From the NCBI GenBank assembly GCA_965248695.1, contig CBDFKD010000002.1, positions 3,008,001 through 3,072,000 on the forward strand: DNA of 64,000 nucleotides, given 5' to 3'. The DNA is from Acidobacteriota bacterium. Its GTDB lineage: Bacteria; Acidobacteriota; UBA890; WLXD01. A program made the translations under genes and the position numbers. Numbering within the stretch: position 1 is the stretch's first letter; each line of letters begins with the position of its first letter. Positions 20,141 to 30,890 of this stretch are shown here, piece by piece. The notes under the pieces are model-generated. The model was not told the origin of the DNA and ran no database searches. It was given only the letters and a program-made list of their open reading frames with translations.

Positions 20141-21198
20141 GCGGACCGCAGGGTCTGATCGATGTGCGCGACAACCATCGCTTCGACGAGCCGGCGCTGC
20201 ACCGGTATCTCGCTGACAACCTCGACGGCTATCGCGGCGAGGCGCGCATCCGGCAGTTCGCCGGCGGGCAGTCCAACCCCACCTTCCTGCTGACCGCGCC
20301 GGAGCCCGAGAGCAGCGCGGCGAGCGGCGACCGCGCCGCCACCTGGGTGCTGCGCAAGAAGCCGCCGGGCACGCTGCTACCGAGCGCCCACGCGGTCGAG
20401 CGCGAGTACCGTATCTATGAGGCGCTGGCGAACACCGATGTGCCCGTTCCGGGCATGCACCTGCTGTGTGAGGACGATTCGATCATCGGTACGCCCTTCT
20501 ACGTCATGGAGCACGTTCGCGGGAGGATCTTCCCGGATGCCAACCTTCCCGATGTGGAACCCGCGGATCGTCCAGCAATCTACAAGGAGATGATCCGCGT
20601 ATTGGCGGCGCTGCACGGGGTCGACTACGTGGCCAAGGGATTGGCGGACTTCGGCAAGCCGGGCAACTACTTCCTGCGTCAGACCGGTCGCTGGACCAAG
20701 CAGTACCTGGCGGCGCAGACCGACGACATCCCGTCGATGGACCGGCTGATCGAATGGCTTCCGGACAACGCGCCCGACGACGACACCACGACCGTCGTTC
20801 ACGGCGACTACCAGCTGTACAACATGGTCTTTCACCCGACCGAGCCGCGCGCGCTCGCGGTACTCGACTGGGAGATCTCGACGCTGGGGAATCCGCTCTC
20901 CGATCTCGCCTACAACTGCATGAAGTACTACTGGGATGGTCCGGGCTCCTCGGTACGCGGCAACTCGACCGTGCCGCCGGAGCACGACATGGTGGCCGAC
21001 TACTGCGCCCTGACCGGCCGCGACGGTGTTGAGAACTGGAGCTTCTGCCTGGCGTTCTCGGCCTTCCGTATGGCGAGCATCCTCCAGGGGGTGTACAAGC
21101 GCGGCCTGCAAGGGAACGCAGCCTCTTCGCGCGCACTGCAGATGAAGGATCTGGTGACCCTGACAGCAGATACGGGCTGGGAGCTGGCCAACAGCTGA
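20137..21198 (+). CDS. APH-like phosphotransferase (ACAD10/11 kinase domain or LvaA-like)
   Basis: [28 protein letters not shown] and LDWE; ATGA-coupled to the acyl-CoA dehydrogenase. Confidence 0.9.
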
Positions 21199-21283
21199 TC
21201 CGCTAGCTGCCTTCGGGTCTGCGCGCGAGCCGGCCGTGGCGGAAGCCTGGCGACCTGGTACGACGTCTGACCGCGGCGTGCTA

Positions 21284-21555
21284 GTGGCCTGTAACAGATG
21301 ATCGTTGCCTATCGTGGTGACGAAATGGGCCCGGATGCCAGGCGGTCCGACGAGACAATGTTCGCCCATTTTCAAGGAGGAGCAAGGCCGCAGGCGGGCC
21401 CAGTTCGCCGCCATCCTGTGGACAGATGGGCAGTTGCGGGCGATATCGGCGTTGCGGCTCCTCGATGATGCCCCTAGCATCGACTGCGTCGCCGCGCCTT
21501 GATCTCACCCGCAAATCCCATCTGCGATAGGCAACGATCATCTGTTACAGGCCAC
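21284..21555. mobile_element. MITE copy 2 (inverted relative to copy 1)
   Basis: Same TIRs with CTAG context on both sides; 12 substitutions versus copy 1 by manual alignment; lies between convergent genes. Confidence 0.9.
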
Positions 21556-21559
21556 TAGC

Positions 21560-22348
21560 TCATCCCAGGAACGAGCCGCCGTCCATTCCGATCGCCTGGC
21601 CGTTGATCCCGCGACCGCCCTCCTGGCACAACAACAGCGCCATTTGGGCCACCTCGTCCGGGTCCAGGGCCCGCCGTTGTGGTGTGTCCGCCAGGATCGT
21701 CGCCTCGGCTTCGTCGTGGCTCATTCCCGTCTTGCCCATGATGTTCTCGATCGCCTTGGTGACCAGCTCCGTGGCCACCCAGCCCGGGCAGATGGCGTTC
21801 ACCGTCACGCCGCGCTCCCCCATCTCGGCCGCGATACAGCGGGTGAAGCCGAGCATGGCGTGCTTCGACGCGGCGTAGGCCGAGACGTACTTGGCACCGG
21901 TGCGCGACAGCACCGACCCGATGTTGATCACCCTCCCCCAGCCACGCTCAGCCATCGCCGGCGCGAACGCCTTGGTGCACAGGAACGTGCCGGTGACGTT
22001 GATCGTCATGATCCGGTTCCACTCCTCCAGGGACAGGCGATGCAGCGGCGCCGAAGTAGCGATGCCGGCGTTGTTCACCAGGATGTCGACGTCACCGATC
22101 TCGTGGGCCACCGTCCGCGCCAGCGCGTCGATACTCTCCGCATCGGCAACATCGCAGGTCGTGGCCTGGGCCTGGAGTCCACGGTCACGAAGCGACCTCG
22201 CCACCGTATCCACCTGATCCGCCGACCGTGCCGCAACCAGCACCTGAGCGCCGGCCTCGGCCAGTGTCTCCGCGATCGCCGCGCCAATGCCACGTCCGCC
22301 GCCCGTAATGACGGCATTCCTGCCGCTCAGTGTTCCGTCCATCGTCAT
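21560..22348 (-). CDS. SDR family oxidoreductase
   Basis: TGGGRGIG, NNAG and YAASK. Confidence 0.93.
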   Translation of the reverse strand: MTMDGTLSGRNAVITGGGRGIGAAIAETLAEAGAQVLVAARSADQVDTVARSLRDRGLQAQATTCDVADAESIDALARTVAHEIGDVDILVNNAGIATSAPLHRLSLEEWNRIMTINVTGTFLCTKAFAPAMAERGWGRVINIGSVLSRTGAKYVSAYAASKHAMLGFTRCIAAEMGERGVTVNAICPGWVATELVTKAIENIMGKTGMSHDEAEATILADTPQRRALDPDEVAQMALLLCQEGGRGINGQAIGMDGGSFLG

Positions 22349-22387
22349 TTCATCGTGTCCGATTGGTGGTGGTGGGCGTCGAGAGGC

Positions 22388-24157
22388 TCACTGGCATAGT
22401 GGCCGCAGAGTGTGCACGAACGCCGCCGCCACGGTCGGATCCGCCAGTGCCGGATCGCCCACCCCCTGGCGCGCGATCCGGATCGTGGTGATGCCGTTGG
22501 GAAACATGATGACGCGCTGCTCGCCCCAGCCCGACATGTACGGCAGGTCGACGCTGCAGCCTTCGGCGACCGTGAACGGCCAGTGCCAGGTCGCCATGTG
22601 GTAGGTGCGCATCCCGGCCTCGGTCGGGCGCCCGTACCCGAGCCCGCGGATGGGCGTCTCGTACATCAACTCCGCCAGCTTGGCACGGTGGAGGATCTGT
22701 CGACCGTCGTGCTCGCCGCCGTTCTGCAGCAGTATGGCGAGGCGGGCGAGCTCATCGAGGGTGGCGTAGAAGCCCTGCTGGACGGTCGGTACGCCCACGG
22801 GTCCGTCGGGCTCATTGGTCAGGCTGATCGCAGGGCCGTGGATTCCGATCGGGCGGTACACCTCGTCCAGGAGGAACCGCCAGAGGCTGGCGTCGGGTCC
22901 TTCTCTCTCCTTGAGGTAGGCGTCCGCGATGACGCCGACGAGGAACATGTCCTGGTCCCGGTATCGGAACACCTCTCCGGGACCCCAGGGGTGTTCGGTC
23001 GCGTCGAGGATGGCGACCACCTTGTCGCCTGCTGACTCCTCGTCGTACCACTCGTAGCGAACCAGGTAGCCGTCGCCGGAGTTGTTGGGCTCGGTGACTT
23101 CGCTTCCCTCGCCCAGGCCCGTAGCCATGTTGAGCGCATCACCGACCGTCACCCCGTTCCAGCCATCGTGCGGCGGCTGCACCGCGACGTAATCTAGCAC
23201 CGGCAGTTCGAATACCTCCGGACCGTACTTCTGCGCCAGTGCCAGCATGCCGACGGCGGCAACCGCGGTCTTGGTGACCGACCAGACGCCGAACCGCTGC
23301 TCATCGCAGTAGGGCAGATCTCCGTGCGGCGTGAAACACGGCGTCCGGTACAGCACCCCGTCGCGCACCAGGGCCAGGGCGATCACCGCGGGGTCGAGAG
23401 GTCGCTCTGAACCCTCCAGCTCCTCGAGCCCGACCCCGGCGCCGAGCTCGTCCCAGGCAGCCACGGGCAAGCGCTGCTCGAGCTCGGTGGCGTAGTCGGC
23501 AGCCAGCGCGTCGCGGTCGGGAACCGGGCCCGGCTCGTACGCCATCTCCAGCTGACCCCAGGCCTCGAAGAAGCCCTCCGCGTAGAACGGCGAGGTCTCG
23601 GTGAGGATCTGGTAGCGCAGCCCGGAGACCTCGGTGCCGTCGTACAGGAACGTCGCGACGCCGTTGTGCGACTCGCCTTCCATGTGGTTGCCGAGCGCAA
23701 ACCCGAACGAAGCCCGCGACCATGCCCCATCGGCCGGCTCTGACCAGATGCGCCCCGGAAACACGAGGATGTCCCAGTACGAACCGCCCCTCTGGCGCGA
23801 TCCGACACGAATCAGGCTCCGGTCGGCCGGAACGAGATGGTCTTCATGGGTAAAGAACGCGAGCTCCGCGCCAGGGAACAGCTGCGTATCCCGACCGAGC
23901 ACCGTTCGTGGCTCGACCTGCGTCGGATCGGTGATCATCTCGGCGCCCTGGACGATCAGCGTTCCCTGGAAGGGGGCATGGGCTGCCGAGGCGCCTTCGC
24001 CTGGCAGGAAGGCGGAGTTCGGGACCACCCCCTCCGGCGCCGCCGCGGAGAGGAGCTCTTCCGCCGGAAGCACTGGTGGCGACGGTCGATCGCAGCCCAT
24101 CATCACAAGGGCGCAGAGCAGGCTCGCCGTCAGGGGCTGGAGAGATCGCATGGTCAT
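22388..24157 (-). CDS. Serine hydrolase (beta-lactamase-related) lipoprotein with extended N-terminal domain
   Basis: WSVTK (SxxK), LNMATG, FRYRD and MSGWG; VMMGC lipobox-like sequence. Confidence 0.78.
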   Translation of the reverse strand: MTMRSLQPLTASLLCALVMMGCDRPSPPVLPAEELLSAAAPEGVVPNSAFLPGEGASAAHAPFQGTLIVQGAEMITDPTQVEPRTVLGRDTQLFPGAELAFFTHEDHLVPADRSLIRVGSRQRGGSYWDILVFPGRIWSEPADGAWSRASFGFALGNHMEGESHNGVATFLYDGTEVSGLRYQILTETSPFYAEGFFEAWGQLEMAYEPGPVPDRDALAADYATELEQRLPVAAWDELGAGVGLEELEGSERPLDPAVIALALVRDGVLYRTPCFTPHGDLPYCDEQRFGVWSVTKTAVAAVGMLALAQKYGPEVFELPVLDYVAVQPPHDGWNGVTVGDALNMATGLGEGSEVTEPNNSGDGYLVRYEWYDEESAGDKVVAILDATEHPWGPGEVFRYRDQDMFLVGVIADAYLKEREGPDASLWRFLLDEVYRPIGIHGPAISLTNEPDGPVGVPTVQQGFYATLDELARLAILLQNGGEHDGRQILHRAKLAELMYETPIRGLGYGRPTEAGMRTYHMATWHWPFTVAEGCSVDLPYMSGWGEQRVIMFPNGITTIRIARQGVGDPALADPTVAAAFVHTLRPLCQ

Positions 24158-24237
24158 CTTCCTCGAGGACAAGGGTGCGGGACCGACCGACGGCATCATC
24201 GCCCAGCATCCCGGCCACTGCCAGCGGCCCGTGATTC

Positions 24238-24715
24238 TCAGGAACCGCTCGCGGGAGCGAGAGCGTTGAGCCGCTCGCCGAAGTTCAGAATCGCGTGCAG
24301 GCGGTCAGGAGGGTCCGCCGGATCGCGGTGTCTAACCATCAGGAATCGCCCGTCGGCGGCCACGTCGAACGACGCCTTGACGAGCCCGAGCCAGAACCGC
24401 GCAGTGCTGAAGAGCACGTCACGCTCGACAACCAGTGCTTCCGGGTCCGCCCGGATCGTAGCGGCGTGGAATCGTGACGACCTCAGCGAGCGGTAGATCA
24501 ACTCGGAGCCGACAGCGGACCATGCCGGATTCAGGCCGTCTTCGACCGACACCTGGAGGTCGGCCCCGTCGGGGAAGCGCCTGACGTAGACCTGTCGGCG
24601 ACCGGTCCGGTCCGACTCGAACGCCAGGAGGCTACCGTCGGTACACCTCGCCCATGCCGCCAGCACCGAGCGGCTCGATGATCTCGAAATGTCCAATTCT
24701 GGTGCCAGGTTCCAC
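24238..24715 (-). pseudogene. Ser/Thr kinase-TolB/PD40 gene remnant with a large internal deletion
   Basis: GTG 24715 reads [25 protein letters not shown] (kinase Gly-loop) and stops at 24632. Another frame continues [23 protein letters not shown]...FDVAADGRFLMV, the C-terminal propeller typical of these proteins. Confidence 0.85.
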
Positions 24716-24788
24716 TGCGTTCTCCGCGGCGGAGGCTACTACACGCTGCCGCCGGCCGATGGGTTAAGCCTCCTGGCGGGAGACGAAC

Positions 24789-26210
24789 TCACCAGAGCTG
24801 TTCCTCCTTCACCGGACCGTCGTCCCACATCTGGGCGCTGGAGATATTCGGCATGCCCCAGTTGTTGCCGTTCCACCCGCCGAAGCCGTCCAGCCGAAAA
24901 GCCCAGAAGCCGGAGTTGAAGTCGCTCACTACGATGAGACCATCGGCATCGCGCACGTCGACGCCCCAGGCGCCGGTGTAGATGTTGCCGGTGGTGGCTT
25001 GCGGCGGTCGCTCGTCGTCGCCATAGAGCATCGGCCCCACCCGCGTCTGGTAGTAGCCCAGCGTGAAGGGGTGCTTCGGGTCGGTCATGTCGACGATCTG
25101 CAGCCCGTCGTCCTGGGCCGAGATGAACACGTACGGCCAGCGCACCTCATGGTTATGAGTGGAGCCGCCGAACTTGGCGATCCAGGCGCCGATGCCAGCG
25201 CCGGTGATGATATTCGGCGTGCGCTCCTCCGACCCCGGCGGCCGAAGATCGAAGAACCGCACGGGAGAGTGCTGATACGTGGGCTCCGGCATTCCGATGG
25301 CGTAGCGACCATCGGGCGTCGGCGTGAAGGTGTGTCCGTCCATGACGCCAGGAATGCCGGTAACCGTGGTGATCAGCTGGGGGTTCTCGACGTCGGTGAC
25401 GTTGAACACGTGGAAGCCACCGGTACCGGCGCCGTAGAACCGGTCCTGCTCGGCGTCGGGCAGGTACCCCATGAACATGTCGTGCCACTGGCGGCTGCGC
25501 TCCGCTCGCGGTGACGGGACCGGAATGTTCGAAACCGGCTCCGTGATGCCACGACCCAGCTGTCCGAAGTCATAGAGGAAGACGTCCTCCGACTGGGTGG
25601 TGGCGGCCAGCAGCGCGCGGCCATTGGAATGCCGGTAGGTGAAGATGTTGTGAATCCCACCCACCATGTCGGGCAACCGGATCTCGGCCACCTTGCGCAC
25701 CGTCGAGGCGTCCGGCAGCCCGGTAACATCGAAGATCACCGCCCCGAGGTCGGCGTCGGGGCCGCCCTGCGCGAACTGACACGAGACCGCCACGTAGTAG
25801 CGGCCGTTGTCCTTGGCGTACTTGATGTCGACGCAACCGGTGCCCTGGTGCAAATCCGGATCGTCGATGATCCAGCGGTAAAGAACCCGCGGCCGCTCCG
25901 GGTCCTCGATGCTGATGGCGTAGAAGCCGGAGTGACCGAAGCGCTGGGCGATGTAGGCATAGGGTCGCGACATCTCCTGCTCGAGCTCGATGTCCGCGTG
26001 GCTGAACCGGATGCCCGGCAGCGGCAGGTGCGATACGACCTCGATGTTCGGCGTGCCCGGCATGCCCACCGGATGACCGGTCTCCGGCTGGATGCAGGTC
26101 GGGTCACCGAAGCATGTCACCTGCGCTTCGGCGTCTGAGGCCACAAGAAAGCAAGCCAAAGCGGTGAGAACGAGCAGGGACAAAGCGGTCAGCGGACTGG
26201 CTTGGCGCAT
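24789..26210 (-). CDS. Secreted LVIVD-repeat beta-propeller protein
   Basis: Signal peptide; GAVIFDVT, GFHVFNVTD, GLQIVDMTDP and GAWGVDV repeats. Confidence 0.8.
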   Translation of the reverse strand: MRQASPLTALSLLVLTALACFLVASDAEAQVTCFGDPTCIQPETGHPVGMPGTPNIEVVSHLPLPGIRFSHADIELEQEMSRPYAYIAQRFGHSGFYAISIEDPERPRVLYRWIIDDPDLHQGTGCVDIKYAKDNGRYYVAVSCQFAQGGPDADLGAVIFDVTGLPDASTVRKVAEIRLPDMVGGIHNIFTYRHSNGRALLAATTQSEDVFLYDFGQLGRGITEPVSNIPVPSPRAERSRQWHDMFMGYLPDAEQDRFYGAGTGGFHVFNVTDVENPQLITTVTGIPGVMDGHTFTPTPDGRYAIGMPEPTYQHSPVRFFDLRPPGSEERTPNIITGAGIGAWIAKFGGSTHNHEVRWPYVFISAQDDGLQIVDMTDPKHPFTLGYYQTRVGPMLYGDDERPPQATTGNIYTGAWGVDVRDADGLIVVSDFNSGFWAFRLDGFGGWNGNNWGMPNISSAQMWDDGPVKEEQLW

Positions 26211-26439
26211 TGAGCACTCCTGGATCCGAGTGAGTGTAGGTTCGTATAGCCCCGTTGATCAGAGCCGCAACGGCCGGATTATCGGTGCGAGGTCATCCCC
26301 ACACAACCGCTCGCGCGCCGCGGCCTCACGGTAGGTTCCAGCAAGAGGGCGCTCGCGCCGCTGCCGCGATGATTCGCCAGCCGCTTACGCGGTGCGGGCT
26401 CGGAACCGGCGCACCTTGGCGCGGTTACGCCGCGCTAGC

Positions 26440-26527
26440 ATCGACGGCGCTCACCGCTACCGAGGCCTACAGGGCGGGCACCGCGGCAGACGACGACCAA
26501 ACACTGCTGGTGCTTCGCCGCCGCTAG
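26440..26527 (+). pseudogene. Possible C-terminal remnant of a SpoIIE/PP2C phosphatase
   Basis: ALTATEAYRAGTAADDDQTLLVLRRR-stop resembles the DD[IQ]TLLVL terminus of SpoIIE-type phosphatases; the rest of the gene is absent. Confidence 0.45.
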
Positions 26528-26568
26528 CCCGCCCGTAAGGCCTCCGGAGGAGGAGCCCTCCGCCGTCT

Positions 26569-27525
26569 CTAACTGTCGAACAAGGTCGGCTTGAACGCCA
26601 GCACCTCGGCCTCGGCGCGCTGGGCCTGCCCTACGGTGAAGTGGTCCATGCAGGCGTCGTCGCTGTAGTCCATGAAATTGAAGATGGGATCTTCGCCGGC
26701 CTGATTCGGGCAGCTGTCCCGACCGATGGGGCAACCTGACGCCGGGCTGCGCTCCGCCGGGGTGTCGTCCACCAGATCGCCCTCCCCGCTGCACCCGTTG
26801 CCGGTCTCGTCGAACGTGTGGTAGAGCCCGATCCAGTGACCGACCTCGTGCACAGCCGTATCGCCCTCGTTGAACGGCGCCTCGTCGCCGCCCGACACCG
26901 TCGAATACAGCAAGACCACGCCATGACGGGTATCCGACTCGTTGTAGTCGCTCGGGAACGAGGCGTAGCCGAGAACACCCTGTGTCGGTCGGCAGGTGTA
27001 GATGTTGAGCGTCCGTTCCGGAGCCACAGCGTTCTTCTTCTTGAATTTCCTCTCCTGTGCCCGCTTGAGGCATTTCTTGGCGAAGGCGTTGTTCTTGTGA
27101 CGGCGGATCTCTGTCAAATCGAAGGCGACATCGCCATCCTGGAAGGCGTCGTTTAGAACTACCATCTGCTGCTGCACCTGATCGTCGGTCACGTCGAACT
27201 TGCCGTTCTTGGTGGTCACAATGTGAAAGACGACCGGAATCGTCGTAGCGCGCCGCTCGACACGGGCTCACACGCGACGCAAGTACGGCTGCAAGAGCGC
27301 ATCAACCAGGTCACGCTCCTGCTGGCTGGGCGTGCGCGCGGCGCAACGAACGCCGAGGTGCCGGCTTGATGGGGGCCCGGCGAAGATGTTCTGCGGCAGG
27401 CTGGCGCGGTCGACGCGGCTTTCTTGCGCCAGGGCGCGGATAGTCTGCAGCGAGTCCTCCTGGGCGGAGGCCGCGGAGACCGGGATTAGCACGGCGATAA
27501 CGGTAAACAGCGCAGCAGCCTTCAC
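26569..27525 (-). pseudogene. M43 (ulilysin/pappalysin-like) zinc metalloprotease interrupted by an in-frame TGA at 27268-27270
   Basis: Signal peptide and prodomain RC motif, then ...YLRRV-TGA-ARVERRATTIPVVFHIV in frame; HEVGHWIGLYHTF and NFMDYS Met-turn. Confidence 0.85.
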
Positions 27526-27594
27526 GTGTCGCTCTCCACAGGGGCGGGAATACGGCCATTCCTTATAGAACGCGCACTCTGCCCCCCAGAAGGC

Positions 27595-29322
27595 TCATCG
27601 CTCGATCACTCGCCCCGGAAGTGCCCCCGTCAACTGCCCGTCGTCGAGGGTCAGTTTGCCGTTGACCAGGACATGACGCATGCCGCTCGGGTAGCGATGC
27701 GGCTCGAGGATGGTGGCGCGGTCGGCGACCGTGTCGTAGTCGAAAACCACGATGTCGGCCGCCGCGCCCGCCCGCAGGACACCTCGATCCGTGAGCCCGA
27801 TAATCTGCGCCGGCAGGCCTGTCGACGAGCGCACCGCGAACGGCAGGCTGATGATGCCGCGGTCGCGTGCGTAGTGGCCGAGCTTGCGGGGGTAGCTGCC
27901 GTAGTAGCGGGGGTGCTGTCCGGGCTCCATGTCGAGCTGGATGCTGGCGTCCGTTGAGGTCGCGGTGTAGTCCTGGATCATGTAGTTCTCGACATCGAAC
28001 CGGTGCCCGGCGATGGGACGGAACGTCACCCCCGAGAGCATCTCTGGCGTACCCTCGAGGGCGAACGCAATCAACTGCTCGGACGGTGAGCGTCCGCTCA
28101 CCTCGGCGACCTCGGCCAGCGTCTGGCCGACCAGCGCGTCGTCCGGTGGTGCCGCCACGATGACGTGCCGATCGGCGCCACCCTGCATGTCGAGCAGGTG
28201 CTCGATGTCCTCCGCCAGCAGCGCCCGCGTAGCCGGATCGTCCAGGTGGTGGCGCAGGTTCTGCTTGTGGTCGACATACAGTGCCGGGTCGCCAAGGCGG
28301 GGATCGTCGAGGCCGCCGGTGCGATCCGTGCCGGGCGGGGCGTAGGCCCACCGCGGGATCACCGCGGTCGCGCCACCGCCGAACGTCTCGTAGGGATACT
28401 GGTCCAGATACACCTGCACGCCGTCCGCACGGGCGCGCTCGATCATCAGCACGTCGGTGGACGATTGTCCCCAGGTCGATGGGCCCTTGGCCTTGATATG
28501 GCTGCCGACGACCCGGATACCGGTCTCGCGCCCGATACGGATCGTCTCCGCCATGCCATCAGTGCCCGTGAGTCGCCACCCATCCACCAAGCTGGGCGTC
28601 TGCCAGAGCGGCAGCGGCGACTGGCTCCGCTGGTGGGCGTAGTAGAAGCCATCGTACTCACCAACCACATGCGCCAGCGCAATGAGCTCCCCGCTGGTGC
28701 TGAACCTCCCCGGTCGATACTCCGGTCCAGCTCCGAGACCCCACGCACCGTCCTCCATGCCGTGCCGCACAAGATCGCGCATGCGGGCGATCTCGTCTTC
28801 GGTGGCGGCGCGCTCGTAATCGTCTCCCATCACCTGCCGACGCACCGTGGCGTGGCCGACCATGGGTACAACGTTCAGAGCGATTCCCTTCGAGCGGTAG
28901 GCGGCGATCTCGTTGGCAACCGGCCAACGCACGTTGCGGCCATCGGGGCCAACGACCACCGTCGTGACCCCCTGGGCGACGAGATTGTGTGCCTTGCGCT
29001 CCTCGACGCTGTCACCGGCGAGGCCCCGATCGGCGTGCGAGTGCATGTCGATGAAGCCCGGCACCACATGCAGGCCGGTGGCGTCGATCACCCGCGCCGC
29101 CGTCGCCGCGCTCAGATCGCCGATTGCAGCAATGCGCTCCCCCGCAATCCCGACATCCGCACGGATCGCCGGGTTGCCGGTGCCGTCAAGCACCTGACCA
29201 TTGCGAATAAGCACGTCGAAGCTCTGCGGCGCAGCTGCAACCGCGCCGACGCAGAGCGTCGCGCCGAGCAGCCCGGTCAGCACCCCGCGCCGCCGACTCG
29301 TAGACACCAACAGGTGCCTCAA
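27595..29322 (-). CDS. N-acyl-D-amino-acid deacylase-family amidohydrolase, secreted
   Basis: PGFIDMHSH, GSHIK, DQYPY, HPRYYG and ADIVVFD; the TTG start overlaps the Rieske gene stop (TTGA). Confidence 0.88.
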   Translation of the reverse strand: MRHLLVSTSRRRGVLTGLLGATLCVGAVAAAPQSFDVLIRNGQVLDGTGNPAIRADVGIAGERIAAIGDLSAATAARVIDATGLHVVPGFIDMHSHADRGLAGDSVEERKAHNLVAQGVTTVVVGPDGRNVRWPVANEIAAYRSKGIALNVVPMVGHATVRRQVMGDDYERAATEDEIARMRDLVRHGMEDGAWGLGAGPEYRPGRFSTSGELIALAHVVGEYDGFYYAHQRSQSPLPLWQTPSLVDGWRLTGTDGMAETIRIGRETGIRVVGSHIKAKGPSTWGQSSTDVLMIERARADGVQVYLDQYPYETFGGGATAVIPRWAYAPPGTDRTGGLDDPRLGDPALYVDHKQNLRHHLDDPATRALLAEDIEHLLDMQGGADRHVIVAAPPDDALVGQTLAEVAEVSGRSPSEQLIAFALEGTPEMLSGVTFRPIAGHRFDVENYMIQDYTATSTDASIQLDMEPGQHPRYYGSYPRKLGHYARDRGIISLPFAVRSSTGLPAQIIGLTDRGVLRAGAAADIVVFDYDTVADRATILEPHRYPSGMRHVLVNGKLTLDDGQLTGALPGRVIER

Positions 29323-30836
29323 GCGGAACCGACGATCTCGTCCATGTACCACTCGACAAAGTCGCTCGGGCCGCTCTCCCCGATCGAGTAGCGACCGGCG
29401 CTGTAGCTCCCTGAACCCACGCCCCGGTGGTTGTTCTCGACTACCCAGATGTCCTCCTGGATCGTCACGTGCCAGAGAGCCATCAGGTCGTCGGGGTCGT
29501 AGTCGCGTCCCTCGACCGCGTCCGGGTGCACGAGCCACATCAGCTCGCAATCGGTCTGCGCCGCTCCGCGCGGGGTGAAGCGCGCGATGGCAACATGGTC
29601 GTCGTAGCACTGAGCGTAGTAGGAAAAGAACCGCGTCGCCGCGACCCGGGTCCCATACGTCCATTCGCTGATGTTGGGGAGCAACGGCGCCAGCTGCGTG
29701 CCGTCCATGGAGCCGGTTATGTAGTCGGGATTGAGCCTTCCGAACACGCGGTATTGGTCGGAAGCAGCGCCGCTTCCCATTCCCATCGCGCCGCCGAACC
29801 CACCACGCAGGTTGCGCTGCCCCTCCGGCCGGACCCAGGCGCGCACAGCGGTAGCCCGTTGCTCGAGCTGTTCGGCCGTGCCCTCTATGTCGTAGTTGTG
29901 GGTCGTCACCAGCGATTTGTGGGAAGGCCCGCAGTGATAGCACTCCTGGAAGTTCTCCAGCGCCAGCTTCCAGTTGCCCGCGATCGGATACTGCCGCCGA
30001 ACCGCGACCTTGAGATCGGCGGTGCCGTAGTACTCGAGCGTGGGGCGCATGCCGCCAACCTGGGCCTCGAAGTCCGATGGCTCATCCGCTTGCGAGAGGT
30101 TGAGGAAGATGTTGCCCTCCAGGTCACGCAGATGGCACGGGATGAGTCCGTTGTCGGCCGGATCGAAATCCTCCTGCATGCCGTAGGCATAGATGAGGCT
30201 GCCCTCGGTATCGTACGTTCAGGCATGGTACGGACACCGGAAGACGGGGCTGCTGCCGCTACTTCCGAGTTGCTTCACTGACAGGCGAGGATCGCCGGGT
30301 ACCGCGTCGCCGTCGTGACGGCACAGCCGCGATCCGCGGTGTCGGCAGACGTTGTGGAAACCGTTTACCTGGCCGTCGTTTCCGCGCACGATGATGACGC
30401 TGTCGCTGCTGCCGTACCCGAAGACGAAGTAGTCGCCGGCGTTCGGAATCCGCGAGGCATGGTCGGCGAACATCCACTGGCTCTCGGCCAGGAACGCCTC
30501 GTCCCGAAGATAGTGCTCCTCCTCGAGGTAGTACTTCGCCGGAATCGTCGTGCCCGGCTGCCAGCCTTCCGCGTAGCGGCGCCTGACGGTCGAGGCGACC
30601 GTGCTCGGGTGGGCACCGACGCCGCCGTAGCCGATGACGCGCCCCGGTGGGTTGATGCGGGCAGCGGCCCCGTTCGGGGCTGCCGTGGCCGCCGTGGGCG
30701 ACCCGTTAGCGGCGAGCGTCTCTCCGTGCAGAGCTCCTGGAAGCGCTACGGCCGCGGCGCCGGCTGCCACGGATTTCTTGGCGAAATCTCGTCGGCTGAC
30801 AGTACCTGTTACGTCTTCGCGATCGCGCTTCTTCAT
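29319..30836 (-). pseudogene. Rieske non-heme iron oxygenase alpha subunit (GbcA/choline monooxygenase-like) with Tat signal; TGA replaces a conserved Trp at 30219-30221
   Basis: SRRDFAK Tat motif; NVCRHRG...CPYHA-TGA-TYD in frame; ENFQECYHCGPSH and QED iron ligands. Confidence 0.87.
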
Positions 30837-30890
30837 ACCGATCTCCCCGAATGACTCTGCCTCCTGAGACGGCGTTTCGCCGCCTGACAG

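Noticed and set aside
27230-27270. Selenocysteine at the TGA in the M43 protease
   Set aside because: It lies in a prodomain linker, not at a Cys or redox position, and the downstream hairpin is weak and lacks the G-U apical loop.
27268-30221. Genome-wide TGA=Trp recoding suggested by several in-frame TGAs
   Set aside because: TGG is used for Trp throughout, and many intact genes end in TGA, including ATGA overlaps; isolated nonsense changes are simpler.
30180-30221. Selenocysteine at the Rieske TGA
   Set aside because: The position is the conserved Trp of CPYHAW, not a Cys ligand.
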